From Candidatus Latescibacterota bacterium (GTDB taxonomy: Bacteria > Latescibacterota > UBA2968 > GCA-2709665), in NCBI GenBank assembly GCA_963667175.2, contig CAXXXF010000013.1:32001-96000 (forward strand): a DNA stretch of 64,000 bases, written 5' to 3'. The translations under genes were made by a program, and so were the position numbers. Numbering within the stretch: position 1 is the first letter of the stretch; each line of letters opens with the position of its first letter. Positions 32,347-41,533 of this stretch are shown here, piece by piece. The notes below the pieces were generated by a model that was given only the letters and a program-made list of their open reading frames with translations, was not told the origin of the DNA and ran no database searches.

Positions 32347-34943
32347 CGGCTGGCCCTCCAGTCGGCGACGCGGACCAGGGCCTCCAGGTACGCCAGAAAC
32401 TGGGGTCCGTTCTCTTTGAGCAGCTTCACGGCCCGTCCCTGCCAACCGGGGTGGGCGAGCGAAGGGAGCAGCAGGTCGGGGTCGAGTTCGCACGCTTCCT
32501 CACGTGCAACGAATGACATGGCTCGCGCAGGGATGCGGTCGTGGGGCTGGACACCGGCGACGTCGTCCAGCCGGTCATCGTTCCAGGGAGTGGGTGTCAT
32601 CCGCACCTTCCCGTGGTGTGCCATGACGAGCCACGCGACCAGATCGTCGGCGTCCTTCTGGGCAAGGTACGCCAACGCGGACGCCACCTCGTGGCGGAAG
32701 CGCTGGGTGTTGCGCCGCGGTCTGCGATGATCGTTGGACTTTGCATAGTAGACACCGTCTCGGGGGTCCGGGGGCTCATCGTGGCCTGCATCGCGAAGCA
32801 TCTCCTGGAACGGGGAGAAGGGTCCGTCGGCGTCTTCCCGCTCGAGGGCCTTTCCGATATCGTGCCAACGGCCTGCCGTTGCCAGCACGTCCTCCAGATC
32901 CGGAACAAGTGCCCCAGCGAGTTGACGCGCCGCCGACTCCGCCGTGGAGAGGTGCTGCGAAAGTTCCATCCAGCGGCGGGTGTGGCTGTGCGGGTCTTCC
33001 TGGCTGCCGGCCCACCCCTCCGTTCGATCATCGATCCCGCCGACCGTGTCGCCGTCGCTTTGTACCCATGAGCGATGTCCGTCAACGGTAGCCACCCAGC
33101 ACGACGGCCGGCTCTGTTCGGAGCCCACCCAACCGAGTGCATCGTCGTAGCCGCCGAGGGAGACGTCGAGCATCACCGTATCCCCGGGTCGAATGCCCGG
33201 GTCATCCAGCCGGATCTCTCTCCAGGCGCCGCTTTGACGACGAGAACGCTGCAACCCGAGTAACCAGCCCCGGCTGTCAGGACCCAGTTTGCGACCAAGC
33301 TCGCGCAGGGCAGCGATCGAGACCTTGCAGATCTCGTCAGGGTGCGGTGCTGGGGTCTCCTCCGGCTCGACGTTGTCGAGCACCCGCCAGAGCACCGCGA
33401 CATCGAGATCCCTTCGGTCGCCGCGCACGAACCGGGACACGTCGAGATGTCCACCCGACAAGTCGGGGTCCGTGTCGAAGAGGTCGTCGAGGTGGTGTTG
33501 TCGGAGCACGGGTCCTTCGACCGGGACAAGGTGCGGGTCGGCTTGGTCGACTTTCTTGATTGTCGAGATCGATGCGTCTCCACGAAGGCGATCCACTCGA
33601 ATCCATGCAGACTCGAGATCCGCCCACTTGTAAGGCAATGCGGCCGTGCTCCGGGCTTTCTCTTCGGCCTGCTCTCGGTCGGCTTTCTTCTTCGGCCAGC
33701 CTCCGGTCGGCACTTCTACTGGGGCCTCCAGGATATGGACGACGCCCTTTTTCCGTCCACGACGATTGAGTCGCCCGAGGCGCTGCACCAGGGATGACCA
33801 AGGACAGATTTCGCTCACCAGCATGTCCGCGTCGAGGTCGACACCGGCTTCGAGCACCTGAGTGCTGATCACGATTCGTCCCAGGTCCGGAGTGATCGTC
33901 CTGAGCCGGGCCATGGCCGCGGCGCGCTCACGGGGTCGAAAGCGGGAGTGCAAGAGCAGAAGCTCCGGGGGGCTGTCGTCGTGAGCGACAATTGCCTTGA
34001 CCCGCCGGAACAGCTCTTGGGCGCGCACAACACGATTGACCATCACCAGAACGAGTCGTCCGCCGGATGCGTGACACAGAAGTTGCTCGGCCAAAGACGT
34101 GTCCTCGACCGTGACCGCCGGACGTTCCACACGCTTCGATCCGTTGAGCACATCGGACATCGTCTTGCGGTCGGCTTCTCCGAGCCCGAGCACGGTGACG
34201 TCCCGTTTTCCGTGTTCCGGCGTCTGCATCCATAGGGGGGCCTGCTGCGTCCACCGTTGCCCTTCCGCCTGCCTGAGGGTCGCAGTGCCGATCGTCGCAC
34301 TCATCCAGAGACTTTCGCGTGGCAGGTGCTGCGGTGAATGTCGAAACTGATGGAGCTGAACGCTTGTGGTCCGGCCAGCCCCCATGAGTTGCACCTCGTC
34401 GAGGACCCAGAGTGCATCGACGTTCACCTGTCCGAATGCGATCGGCCAGTAGTACGGCTTCATCGCGTACCCGCGGTTCAGGCCGCGCGAGAGGAGCATG
34501 TCCTGGGTCCCCAAGAGCACGGCGTCGCGTTCCGGGTGACCCTCCCATTCCACGGCTTCCTCTCCTCCCATCAGCCTAAATACCGGAACGGCATCGCTGC
34601 ACCAGTTCGGCCGATACGGATCAGCCAGAGGCTGCGGGCGTTGAAGCCAGCCGAGGTTGGCGAACCATTCGATGATGTCGTCGTGCACTTGCTCGACGAG
34701 CGATCGCATCGGCAGGCAGTAGACCAGTCGTCGGGGTGTGCGTTGCCGGATGTCGCGGTCGGGGCACTCTCGCCGGCGCCATGCCCACGAGAGAACGGCC
34801 GCAGCGGTCTTCCCGCACCCTGTGGGCACGGCGAGGATGTCCGGCAGGTACCCGTATTCGGCAAGATTCTCCTGGTACTCATGTGGATCTGTCCGCAGGC
34901 CGGTCGCTGCTACGAAGAAGGAGCTGAAAGGTCGACCACTCAC
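32343..34943 (-). CDS. cas3: Type I-G Cas3 (helicase + C-terminal HD), module Z
   Basis: VPTGCGKT, DEVQ, MSAT, TQVLEAGVDLD, QRLGRLNR; HDIGK, RHE, AHHG, ADWRAS. Confidence 0.95.
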   Translation of the reverse strand: MSGRPFSSFFVAATGLRTDPHEYQENLAEYGYLPDILAVPTGCGKTAAAVLSWAWRRRECPDRDIRQRTPRRLVYCLPMRSLVEQVHDDIIEWFANLGWLQRPQPLADPYRPNWCSDAVPVFRLMGGEEAVEWEGHPERDAVLLGTQDMLLSRGLNRGYAMKPYYWPIAFGQVNVDALWVLDEVQLMGAGRTTSVQLHQFRHSPQHLPRESLWMSATIGTATLRQAEGQRWTQQAPLWMQTPEHGKRDVTVLGLGEADRKTMSDVLNGSKRVERPAVTVEDTSLAEQLLCHASGGRLVLVMVNRVVRAQELFRRVKAIVAHDDSPPELLLLHSRFRPRERAAAMARLRTITPDLGRIVISTQVLEAGVDLDADMLVSEICPWSSLVQRLGRLNRRGRKKGVVHILEAPVEVPTGGWPKKKADREQAEEKARSTAALPYKWADLESAWIRVDRLRGDASISTIKKVDQADPHLVPVEGPVLRQHHLDDLFDTDPDLSGGHLDVSRFVRGDRRDLDVAVLWRVLDNVEPEETPAPHPDEICKVSIAALRELGRKLGPDSRGWLLGLQRSRRQSGAWREIRLDDPGIRPGDTVMLDVSLGGYDDALGWVGSEQSRPSCWVATVDGHRSWVQSDGDTVGGIDDRTEGWAGSQEDPHSHTRRWMELSQHLSTAESAARQLAGALVPDLEDVLATAGRWHDIGKALEREDADGPFSPFQEMLRDAGHDEPPDPRDGVYYAKSNDHRRPRRNTQRFRHEVASALAYLAQKDADDLVAWLVMAHHGKVRMTPTPWNDDRLDDVAGVQPHDRIPARAMSFVAREEACELDPDLLLPSLAHPGWQGRAVKLLKENGPQFLAYLEALVRVADWRASR

Positions 34944-35033
34944 TTCGCAAACCCCGTTTCAGGTGATGGTTTTCTATTGGCCTCCAGTTGATGGGCAAGC
35001 GGCTCTTTCCCGTTTCGCCAAGTTGACTGAAAC

Positions 35034-37394
35034 TCAGTCACTTTCTTGTCCTCGCTCATCCATCGGACGGCACAGTCCATATCCCCGGAATCGTCCTGCC
35101 CCCAGAAGCACGGGACCTCGCGCCGGCTCGTCGAATACGATCACCGCGTGGTTGTGGCTCTGGCGTCCGCCGTGGTTCTTGCGCGCCATTTGCGGGAACT
35201 CCCTCGAATGAGGAACCCCTTCGACTAAGGAAACCGGGTGTAACAAAACCTCGCGCGGGCGCGGCAGACCGATGTGCCCGCACATGTCCTTCACGCTTTC
35301 GGCCGCCCGTTTCCACTTGTCCTTGCCATCGAAATGCCGGTTCAGGACCACCGGGGTCACGGTGGCCCAAATGCGGGATTCCCGTGTCCAGGTATTCGGA
35401 TTAAGGTTTTTCGGCGGGCGCTCGCGGGTTTCCAGTTCAATAGCGCACTCCAACCACGCGCCATCAAACAACCGATGTTCGCACGGCAGGCCGGTAGTGG
35501 AATCGTGAAGAAAACGGGCAAGGCATTTTCCGGCATCCTGATGATTCAGGTCCGCCGGCAGGGCTATGGCCAAACCCATGACCCGGCCATCTGCATATTC
35601 TGCACCGACGAATGGGAGAGGGGTCAGTGCCAGATGGGGATCAGCGGTAGGTCCGCCCTCCGGTCGATGGCCGCTGAACCACTCCGGCGGGGGTTGTTCG
35701 GGACACTCTTTCATCAATAAACCGCGCAGGGCCGCCGTGAGCTTGAGCGTCGCCGGTAGAGACACGCGCTTGCCTTTGATACCGAGGACAATGAGCTGAG
35801 GGTCGAAAACCGAGGCGGGGATTTCGGGGGCCTCGTCTTTCGGGGGTCTATCGTATCCCTGCCAACGGCCCGGTACCGGGCTCAGACTCACGGGTTTTCC
35901 GTTGGGAAACCGGTCTTCCGAACGCGTTTTCAACTCCTTGATGTATCGTCTCTGTTCGCGAGGATTTCGCCCGATGCACGGTCCACTTCCGCCTTGCTTT
36001 GCCGCAGCAAGTCGATTTCGGATGGTGTCAACATCCGGGGAGCGGGCGAGGTACCGAGCCTCTGACTGAGTAAGGCAATCGAAGGTGTGGCCGAAGTGGG
36101 CCTTCCACCACTTTTCGAAGTCTGATCCGTGCTCTTGTCGGAGTTCATGCAATTGCTCCTGTGAAGGGTTCAATTTGACAGAGTAGGGTTTGCCGGTCAG
36201 CGCAATGGCGCCAACGACTTTTCCGCCCTGCTTTTCTATCCAGCCGCGCAGATTCGCCAAAGTACCGCCCTGACCGATGAAGTCGTCCACCATCACGTAC
36301 TCTCGCCCTGCTTCGACAGGCCCATCGAAGCAAGCCTGACGCGCGAGCCGGCCATAGCCGTCGGCGCCCGTATGGGAGACGATATTCGTCTGTACGACAG
36401 CCGTCTCGCGGGGGATGCCGAGCCGCTCGTGCAGCAGTCTTGTCAAGGCAGCCGGAATGGCATTGAGGCCCTGGCTTTCCCAAGCATGTGCGCTGACCAA
36501 CACGGGATCGCCACTTTCACTTGCTTCGGAAGCCAGCAACTGCACCGCACGGATTCCACTCTCGTCGACCAGGCTGTCGACGAGGCGCGTCGCGGCTTCG
36601 GCGTCGCGCGCCGATTTTGCGCCAGGATATTCGGGGTGCTGTTTGACTTCGGATTCGCCGGCCAGTAGCACCACGTTCGCGAATGCCTTCCAAGGCGCCC
36701 TTGGCGGTGGCTTCATCTCCTTGAGGTCCGCGTCAGCTTGCTTAATCTCACTTTGAAGATCGTGGTAGGCGATTGTCGCTGCACGGTTCATGCGCGTTTC
36801 CAACATCTGCAGGCGCCCGGGGTTCGTTACGCGGAGTCGCTGACGGGCGACGCCCGTCGCTGGAATCCACGCAGGCGGCGGCGGCTTGGTCTCCAGCCAC
36901 ATTTGTACAAAAGAAGCCGAATGTCCCACGTGGGTAACTTTGGCGCCCAGCCGTTCCAAGGTGGCGCGATGTGTACCCAACTCGGCCTCCGGCCAAATCA
37001 GATACACCTTCGGGTTGTGAGGGATGGCAACCGGGAAACCACGGGGCTGGCGCGACCGATACTCCGGAAGCTGGGCCAGTCCGGCATCCTTCAGTTTGTT
37101 CAGATTTCCGATGGCAGGCAGCCGACGCTTTATACTCGCGTCGTTGACGGGCACATAGCTGACAACAGTAGCGCGACTGTGGGCATCCGACGCGGCAATC
37201 GCAGGTGGCGGCAAGGCTTCAAGCCAACGCAGTGCGTCGCCTTCGGCGGGGTCTTCGCCCGTCTCAAACCAGGCTGCTGCCAACGCCATGAATACCCGAT
37301 CGGGATGCGGCGGCCATTCGGCCTGTTCCTTTCGGGCCCCGTCCGCCGCTGCCATGGACCATCCATTCAGATAATGGATGCCAAGAGAGAACAT
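35034..37394 (-). CDS. csb2: Csb2 (Cas5/Cas6 fusion) with an internal phosphoribosyltransferase domain, module X
   Basis: N-terminal EWPPHPDRVFMAL..VPVND..VGHSAS; C-terminal SGH..PHLA..LPFVG..ADG, WATVTP, GPVLLGAGRFRGYGLCRP. Insert of ~260 aa (from aa ~227) carrying VMVDDFIGQGGTL. Confidence 0.9.
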   Translation of the reverse strand: MFSLGIHYLNGWSMAAADGARKEQAEWPPHPDRVFMALAAAWFETGEDPAEGDALRWLEALPPPAIAASDAHSRATVVSYVPVNDASIKRRLPAIGNLNKLKDAGLAQLPEYRSRQPRGFPVAIPHNPKVYLIWPEAELGTHRATLERLGAKVTHVGHSASFVQMWLETKPPPPAWIPATGVARQRLRVTNPGRLQMLETRMNRAATIAYHDLQSEIKQADADLKEMKPPPRAPWKAFANVVLLAGESEVKQHPEYPGAKSARDAEAATRLVDSLVDESGIRAVQLLASEASESGDPVLVSAHAWESQGLNAIPAALTRLLHERLGIPRETAVVQTNIVSHTGADGYGRLARQACFDGPVEAGREYVMVDDFIGQGGTLANLRGWIEKQGGKVVGAIALTGKPYSVKLNPSQEQLHELRQEHGSDFEKWWKAHFGHTFDCLTQSEARYLARSPDVDTIRNRLAAAKQGGSGPCIGRNPREQRRYIKELKTRSEDRFPNGKPVSLSPVPGRWQGYDRPPKDEAPEIPASVFDPQLIVLGIKGKRVSLPATLKLTAALRGLLMKECPEQPPPEWFSGHRPEGGPTADPHLALTPLPFVGAEYADGRVMGLAIALPADLNHQDAGKCLARFLHDSTTGLPCEHRLFDGAWLECAIELETRERPPKNLNPNTWTRESRIWATVTPVVLNRHFDGKDKWKRAAESVKDMCGHIGLPRPREVLLHPVSLVEGVPHSREFPQMARKNHGGRQSHNHAVIVFDEPARGPVLLGAGRFRGYGLCRPMDERGQESD
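35930..36148 (-). CDS. Nested out-of-frame 72-aa protein ('LTPxEIDLLR' family) inside the csb2 PRTase insert
   Basis: AGGAG SD 7 nt before ATG. Clear homology to ORFs 50398-50640, 51069-51377 and 52723-53004. Confidence 0.65.
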   Translation of the reverse strand: MNSDKSTDQTSKSGGRPTSATPSIALLSQRLGTSPAPRMLTPSEIDLLRQSKAEVDRASGEILANRDDTSRS

Positions 37395-38668
37395 CAGCCG
37401 TCCCCTTCTCCCGAGGCGCTGGCCAATTCCTGGCTCCGCCGGACCAGTTCGACGAGGTCGGGCGATGGGGTCAGTTCAATTTCGCCCTCCCAGGGAAGGC
37501 CGACATCTCTGGCGGCCGCAGTCGCCTCGTTCAACAATTCAAGCGCGTCTTCGGGATCAAGTTCAAATTTCCGAGGAGATTCTCCGGGACGATCGAGCAT
37601 CTCCCACACAGGTTCTTGTTCAGCGAACAACTGGCAACGAGAGCGAAGGTCCGTATCGACTCTCGCCAAACTTCCGGCGGCCAGCCCCAGCGCGGCCAAC
37701 GCGGTGCGTGCGGCCAGATCAGTGTCGCGGTCAGAGTCCGCGGCGCCGTTGAGCGGAAAGCGGAGGCGACGTAGGACACTTAGTGACATTACCGTGGTCT
37801 GTACGGCTCTGGAGATTGTAAAACCGCCGATAATCCGCGGTACTCTGCGTTCCTGTCCATTTGAGTCAATAATAGTATCATAGACGATTTGTCCTCTTGG
37901 GTCTTTCGCATAAGCGTAATCGGGAGTGACATTTCCGTGGTTCGCTTCAGATGGCCTTCCTGTCTTGAGCTTCTTCCCGTCAGTCTTATTCAACGTCCAG
38001 TGGGACGCATCGTCGCTTTCAGATTTGCGCTCATATAGCGTGGCCGCATCGCGCATGATCTCCGCAGGATCGATTCGGCTGGACGTTTTCTTTCCGGCTA
38101 TCGCGTCATATCCTGCAATTTCCGAAACCACCGCACGCTGGAATTTACACCCCAGACCGCCACGAGGACCAGTCGAGTCCCACAGACCAAATATCAGTGC
38201 GGTCGGACACAAGCCAAATAGGCCGGTGGCATTCCGCACCTCCGCGGTGTCGAGTATTCGTCCCTTCTCCGACTTACGAAAAATCGTCCCGTTCAGAAGA
38301 CTGTCGCGGAATAGCGCATCCGCGACGCGATGGGGCGCCTCCAGGCTGGACACTGAGAACTCTTTGGGTAGTTCCTGATCGAAACGTGTTACCAGCAGAG
38401 GGAGCTGTACCGTTCCGGCACGGTGTGCCTCCAGCAGCGCCAACTCCATGCGGTTGGCCTGCGACTGCACCGAATCCAGGAGAACACATTGTCGAGTCTC
38501 CCTTGTCTTCGGGTCGATGCGCTCTTCGGTGGCGTATTTACCCCCTTCGTACGTCGGAGGAAACACTTTGTCGCCGGGGCCTCCTGCGGGCTGATAGTCG
38601 GTCACGCACCGAAACGCTGCGGCCGTCCCGGCGACCGCGGATTGCAAAGTCTGCAAATCAATCTTCAT
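37394..38668 (-). CDS. csb1: Cas7g/Csb1 backbone subunit, module X
   Basis: QPAGGPGDKVFPPTY, LLDSVQSQANRME, EAPHRVADA, PTALIFGLWDS, SSRIDP, NHGNV, DLRSRC. Confidence 0.93.
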   Translation of the reverse strand: MKIDLQTLQSAVAGTAAAFRCVTDYQPAGGPGDKVFPPTYEGGKYATEERIDPKTRETRQCVLLDSVQSQANRMELALLEAHRAGTVQLPLLVTRFDQELPKEFSVSSLEAPHRVADALFRDSLLNGTIFRKSEKGRILDTAEVRNATGLFGLCPTALIFGLWDSTGPRGGLGCKFQRAVVSEIAGYDAIAGKKTSSRIDPAEIMRDAATLYERKSESDDASHWTLNKTDGKKLKTGRPSEANHGNVTPDYAYAKDPRGQIVYDTIIDSNGQERRVPRIIGGFTISRAVQTTVMSLSVLRRLRFPLNGAADSDRDTDLAARTALAALGLAAGSLARVDTDLRSRCQLFAEQEPVWEMLDRPGESPRKFELDPEDALELLNEATAAARDVGLPWEGEIELTPSPDLVELVRRSQELASASGEGDG

Positions 38669-38715
38669 AGTTCGTCTCTCCTGTATACGTGACGCCTCGG
38701 ATCATGGTGTCAATG

Positions 38716-38853
38716 TCAGTTCTCAACTATAACATCGCCATTGACCAATTTCCCCGCAAGGACTTCGCTCACGATCTCGGTAGTTTCCCGTGCGGCCTTC
38801 CGCAGACGTTTTGGGTCGGCTATGTCGTAGGAGACGACGTAGGAATTGCGCAT
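38716..38853 (-). pseudogene. cas2: cas2 fragment (first 19 aa) fused to the tail of an LTPxEI-family gene
   Basis: [19 protein letters not shown] is identical to Cas2, followed by AARETTEIVSEVLA matching 52723-53004 (AAKETAEIVSEVLA). Confidence 0.75.
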
Positions 38854-39956
38854 CCGGACAACCTTTCTGTCAGGCTCTGCTTCACCTCGCGGTTCGGATA
38901 TCCCAGATGGTACAGGGTCCTGACGCCCAGTTTTCTTTCCCCGGTAATCGTCAGGCAGCCGGTCTGGAACAGCAGAGCTTCGGTACCGATGTGGTCCACG
39001 TCAATGGTCGACAGCAAATCGCTGCTACCCAACATGTCGTCAAGTGCCAGAGAACTCACCTGGCGTTTGAACAGGGTTTCGACCAGGAACGAGGGCGTAC
39101 CGGTCTCGAACCAGTAGGCCTTGAACATGCGGCTGTCGAAGAGCAGTAGAATGTCGAAGGGGTTGTACACGTTCTCCTCGCCCAGCCAGTTGTAGCCGTT
39201 GTACCAGTCGCGGATCTCGTCCCGGTCGAGACCGGGCAACTCCGGCGCAAATATGGTGTCGATATCTTCGTCGGTGTAGCCGCAGACGGCGGAATAGCGC
39301 CTGTCCAGCGTGATGTCGATCAGGTTGTTGAGCCCGGAGAACGGTCCGGCCAGGGGAAACTTGTGGACCCCGGTGAGAAGGCTGAACCGGACGTCGGCGT
39401 CGCTGGACTTGATCGCCGCGTAGAAGCCGAACAGGTAGTCGCGGATGGCGCGGGCGGTTTCGGGGTTGTCGAGGTTGTCCAGGATCGGCTTTTCATATTC
39501 GTCCACGAGGACTGCCACCCGCCGGCCGGTACGCTCATGCAACTCCTCAAGCAGGCGCCCGAAGCGGAAGGACGGATCGTTGTCGCGAGGGGTTATCTCC
39601 GCCTGGTCTTCCAGGACCTGCAATTGCGCCGCCAGTTCCGTCCGCATGTCCTCGGGCCCCCGGTAGTTGCCGTAGTCGCCGCCGCTGAAGTCGAGGCGCA
39701 CCACCGGATGACGGACCGACCAGTCCCAGTGATCGTGGATGTGCAACCCCTCAAAGAGCGGTTCGTTGCCCTCGAACAGCTCCTTGCAGGTGTCGAGGAA
39801 GAGGCTCTTGCCGAAGCGCCGCGGGCGGGAGAGGAAGTAGTGACTGCCGCTGTCGAGCAGTCGCCGTACGTACCGGGTCTTGTCGACGTAGTAGCAGTCT
39901 TCCTCGCGGATCTCGCGAAAGGTCTGGATGCCATTGGGGAGTTTGCGTCTGGTCAT
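38820..39956 (-). CDS. C-terminally truncated AAA-ATPase-like protein (paralogue of 19828-20931)
   Basis: [27 protein letters not shown]. Ends shortly after PNREV; no nuclease domain. Confidence 0.7.
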   Translation of the reverse strand: MTRRKLPNGIQTFREIREEDCYYVDKTRYVRRLLDSGSHYFLSRPRRFGKSLFLDTCKELFEGNEPLFEGLHIHDHWDWSVRHPVVRLDFSGGDYGNYRGPEDMRTELAAQLQVLEDQAEITPRDNDPSFRFGRLLEELHERTGRRVAVLVDEYEKPILDNLDNPETARAIRDYLFGFYAAIKSSDADVRFSLLTGVHKFPLAGPFSGLNNLIDITLDRRYSAVCGYTDEDIDTIFAPELPGLDRDEIRDWYNGYNWLGEENVYNPFDILLLFDSRMFKAYWFETGTPSFLVETLFKRQVSSLALDDMLGSSDLLSTIDVDHIGTEALLFQTGCLTITGERKLGVRTLYHLGYPNREVKQSLTERLSGCAIPTSSPTT

Positions 39957-39982
39957 GGGAGGTCTCCGGCGCGGGGGCGCGC

Positions 39983-41533
39983 TCAGGCGCGCTCCACCTC
40001 GAAAGCGGCCAGGTTGCGGGCGTCCCTGCTGAACTCGACGGCAATCAGGTAGACCGGCTGGCCGAGGCCGCGGTACTTGTCGGCGTAGCGCCTCTCCTTC
40101 AACTGGGCCATGGCGGCGCCCTCCGGCGCCAGCTCGACCACCTTGAACTCGAAGAGATAGACGTTGTCGTTGAAGCGGACCGCCATGTCGAGGCGGCCGT
40201 GGCTGCTGCTGTCCTCCACGGTGACGTCCGATTCCAGGGCAGCGAAGTACGAGTAGAACACGCTGGCGTAGTAGCCCTCGTAGTTGGCGATGTCGTTGCT
40301 GGTGTACCACTCGTAGGGGATACTGGCGAAGAAAGCACGGAACAGGGTCTCGAGCCCGGCGAAGTCGTTGGCCAGCAGTAGGTCGTAGAGCCGGGCCCTG
40401 TGCTCGGCCTGCTGCGGCGGGCTTCCCGTCAAGGAACTCAGAAGGCTTCGGTTCAGGCTCTTCCGAACCTCCCGGTTCGGGTAGCCGAGACGATAGAACA
40501 TCTCCCCGCCACGCGGCTCGGCGCGGGCGATGGTGAGATAGCCGGTCTGGAACAGCAGCGCCTCGGTGGCGATGTCCTCCACGTCGAACTTCGACAACAG
40601 ATCGTCGGTGCCCACCATGTCTTCCAGGGACAGCGAGCGGACGCGGCGCTGGAACAGGGTTTCGACCAGGAACGAGGGCGTACCGGTCTCGAACCAGTAG
40701 GCCTTGAACATGCGGCTGTCGAAGAGCAGTAGAATGTCGAAGGGGTTGTAGACGTTCTCCTCGCCCAGCCAGTTGTAGCCGTTGTACCAGTCGCGGATCT
40801 CGTCCCGGTCGAGGCCGGGCAACTCCGGCGTGAATACGGTGTCGATATCTTCGTCGGTGTAGCCGCAAAGGGCGGAATAGCGCGGGTCCAGCGTGATGTC
40901 CTTGAGGTTGTTTAGGCCGGAGAACAGGCTCACCCTGGAAAACTTGCTCACGCCGGTGAGGAAGCTGAAACGGATGTCGGCGTCGCTGTCCTTGATCGTC
41001 GCGTAGAGGCCGCGCAGGAAGTCGCGGTTGGCCAGGGCGACCTCCGGCGTCTCAAGGGCATCCAGGATCGGCTTGTCGTACTCGTCGATCAACACCGCGG
41101 CGCGCTGACCGGTGCGCTCGTGCAACTCCTTCGTCAAGCGGCGGAAGCGCGCCGAGGCGGTGTCGTCATCGCGCGGAGTGACTTCCGCTTCCTCCTCCAG
41201 GGCGGTCAGTTGAGTACCCACTTCCTTCCGTAAGTCGTCCGGCTCCAGGTAGGTACCGCTGCTGAAGCTCAGGCGCAGGACGGGGTGACGAACGGACCAG
41301 TCCCAGTGATCGTGGATGTCCAGCCCCGTGAACAGGGGCTCGTTGCCCTCGAACAGCTCCTTGCACGTGTCGAGAAAGAGGCTCTTGCCAAAGCGCCTCG
41401 GACGCGACAGGAAATAGTGCTTGCCCTCGTCGAGAGGCCGACGGATGTAGCCGGTCTTGTCGACGTAGTAGCAGTCCTCCTCGCGGATCTCGCGGAAGGT
41501 CTGAATGCCTATGGGGAGTCTGCGTCGGGTCAT
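39983..41533 (-). CDS. AAA-ATPase-like + PD-(D/E)XK nuclease protein (copy B)
   Basis: 516 aa, highly similar to 20958-22508. Confidence 0.9.
   Translation of the reverse strand: MTRRRLPIGIQTFREIREEDCYYVDKTGYIRRPLDEGKHYFLSRPRRFGKSLFLDTCKELFEGNEPLFTGLDIHDHWDWSVRHPVLRLSFSSGTYLEPDDLRKEVGTQLTALEEEAEVTPRDDDTASARFRRLTKELHERTGQRAAVLIDEYDKPILDALETPEVALANRDFLRGLYATIKDSDADIRFSFLTGVSKFSRVSLFSGLNNLKDITLDPRYSALCGYTDEDIDTVFTPELPGLDRDEIRDWYNGYNWLGEENVYNPFDILLLFDSRMFKAYWFETGTPSFLVETLFQRRVRSLSLEDMVGTDDLLSKFDVEDIATEALLFQTGYLTIARAEPRGGEMFYRLGYPNREVRKSLNRSLLSSLTGSPPQQAEHRARLYDLLLANDFAGLETLFRAFFASIPYEWYTSNDIANYEGYYASVFYSYFAALESDVTVEDSSSHGRLDMAVRFNDNVYLFEFKVVELAPEGAAMAQLKERRYADKYRGLGQPVYLIAVEFSRDARNLAAFEVERA

Noticed and set aside
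35930-36716. Intein or intron as the csb2 insert
   Set aside because: No Cys/Ser start or His-Asn end and no homing-endonuclease motifs; the PRPP-binding motif indicates a PRTase.
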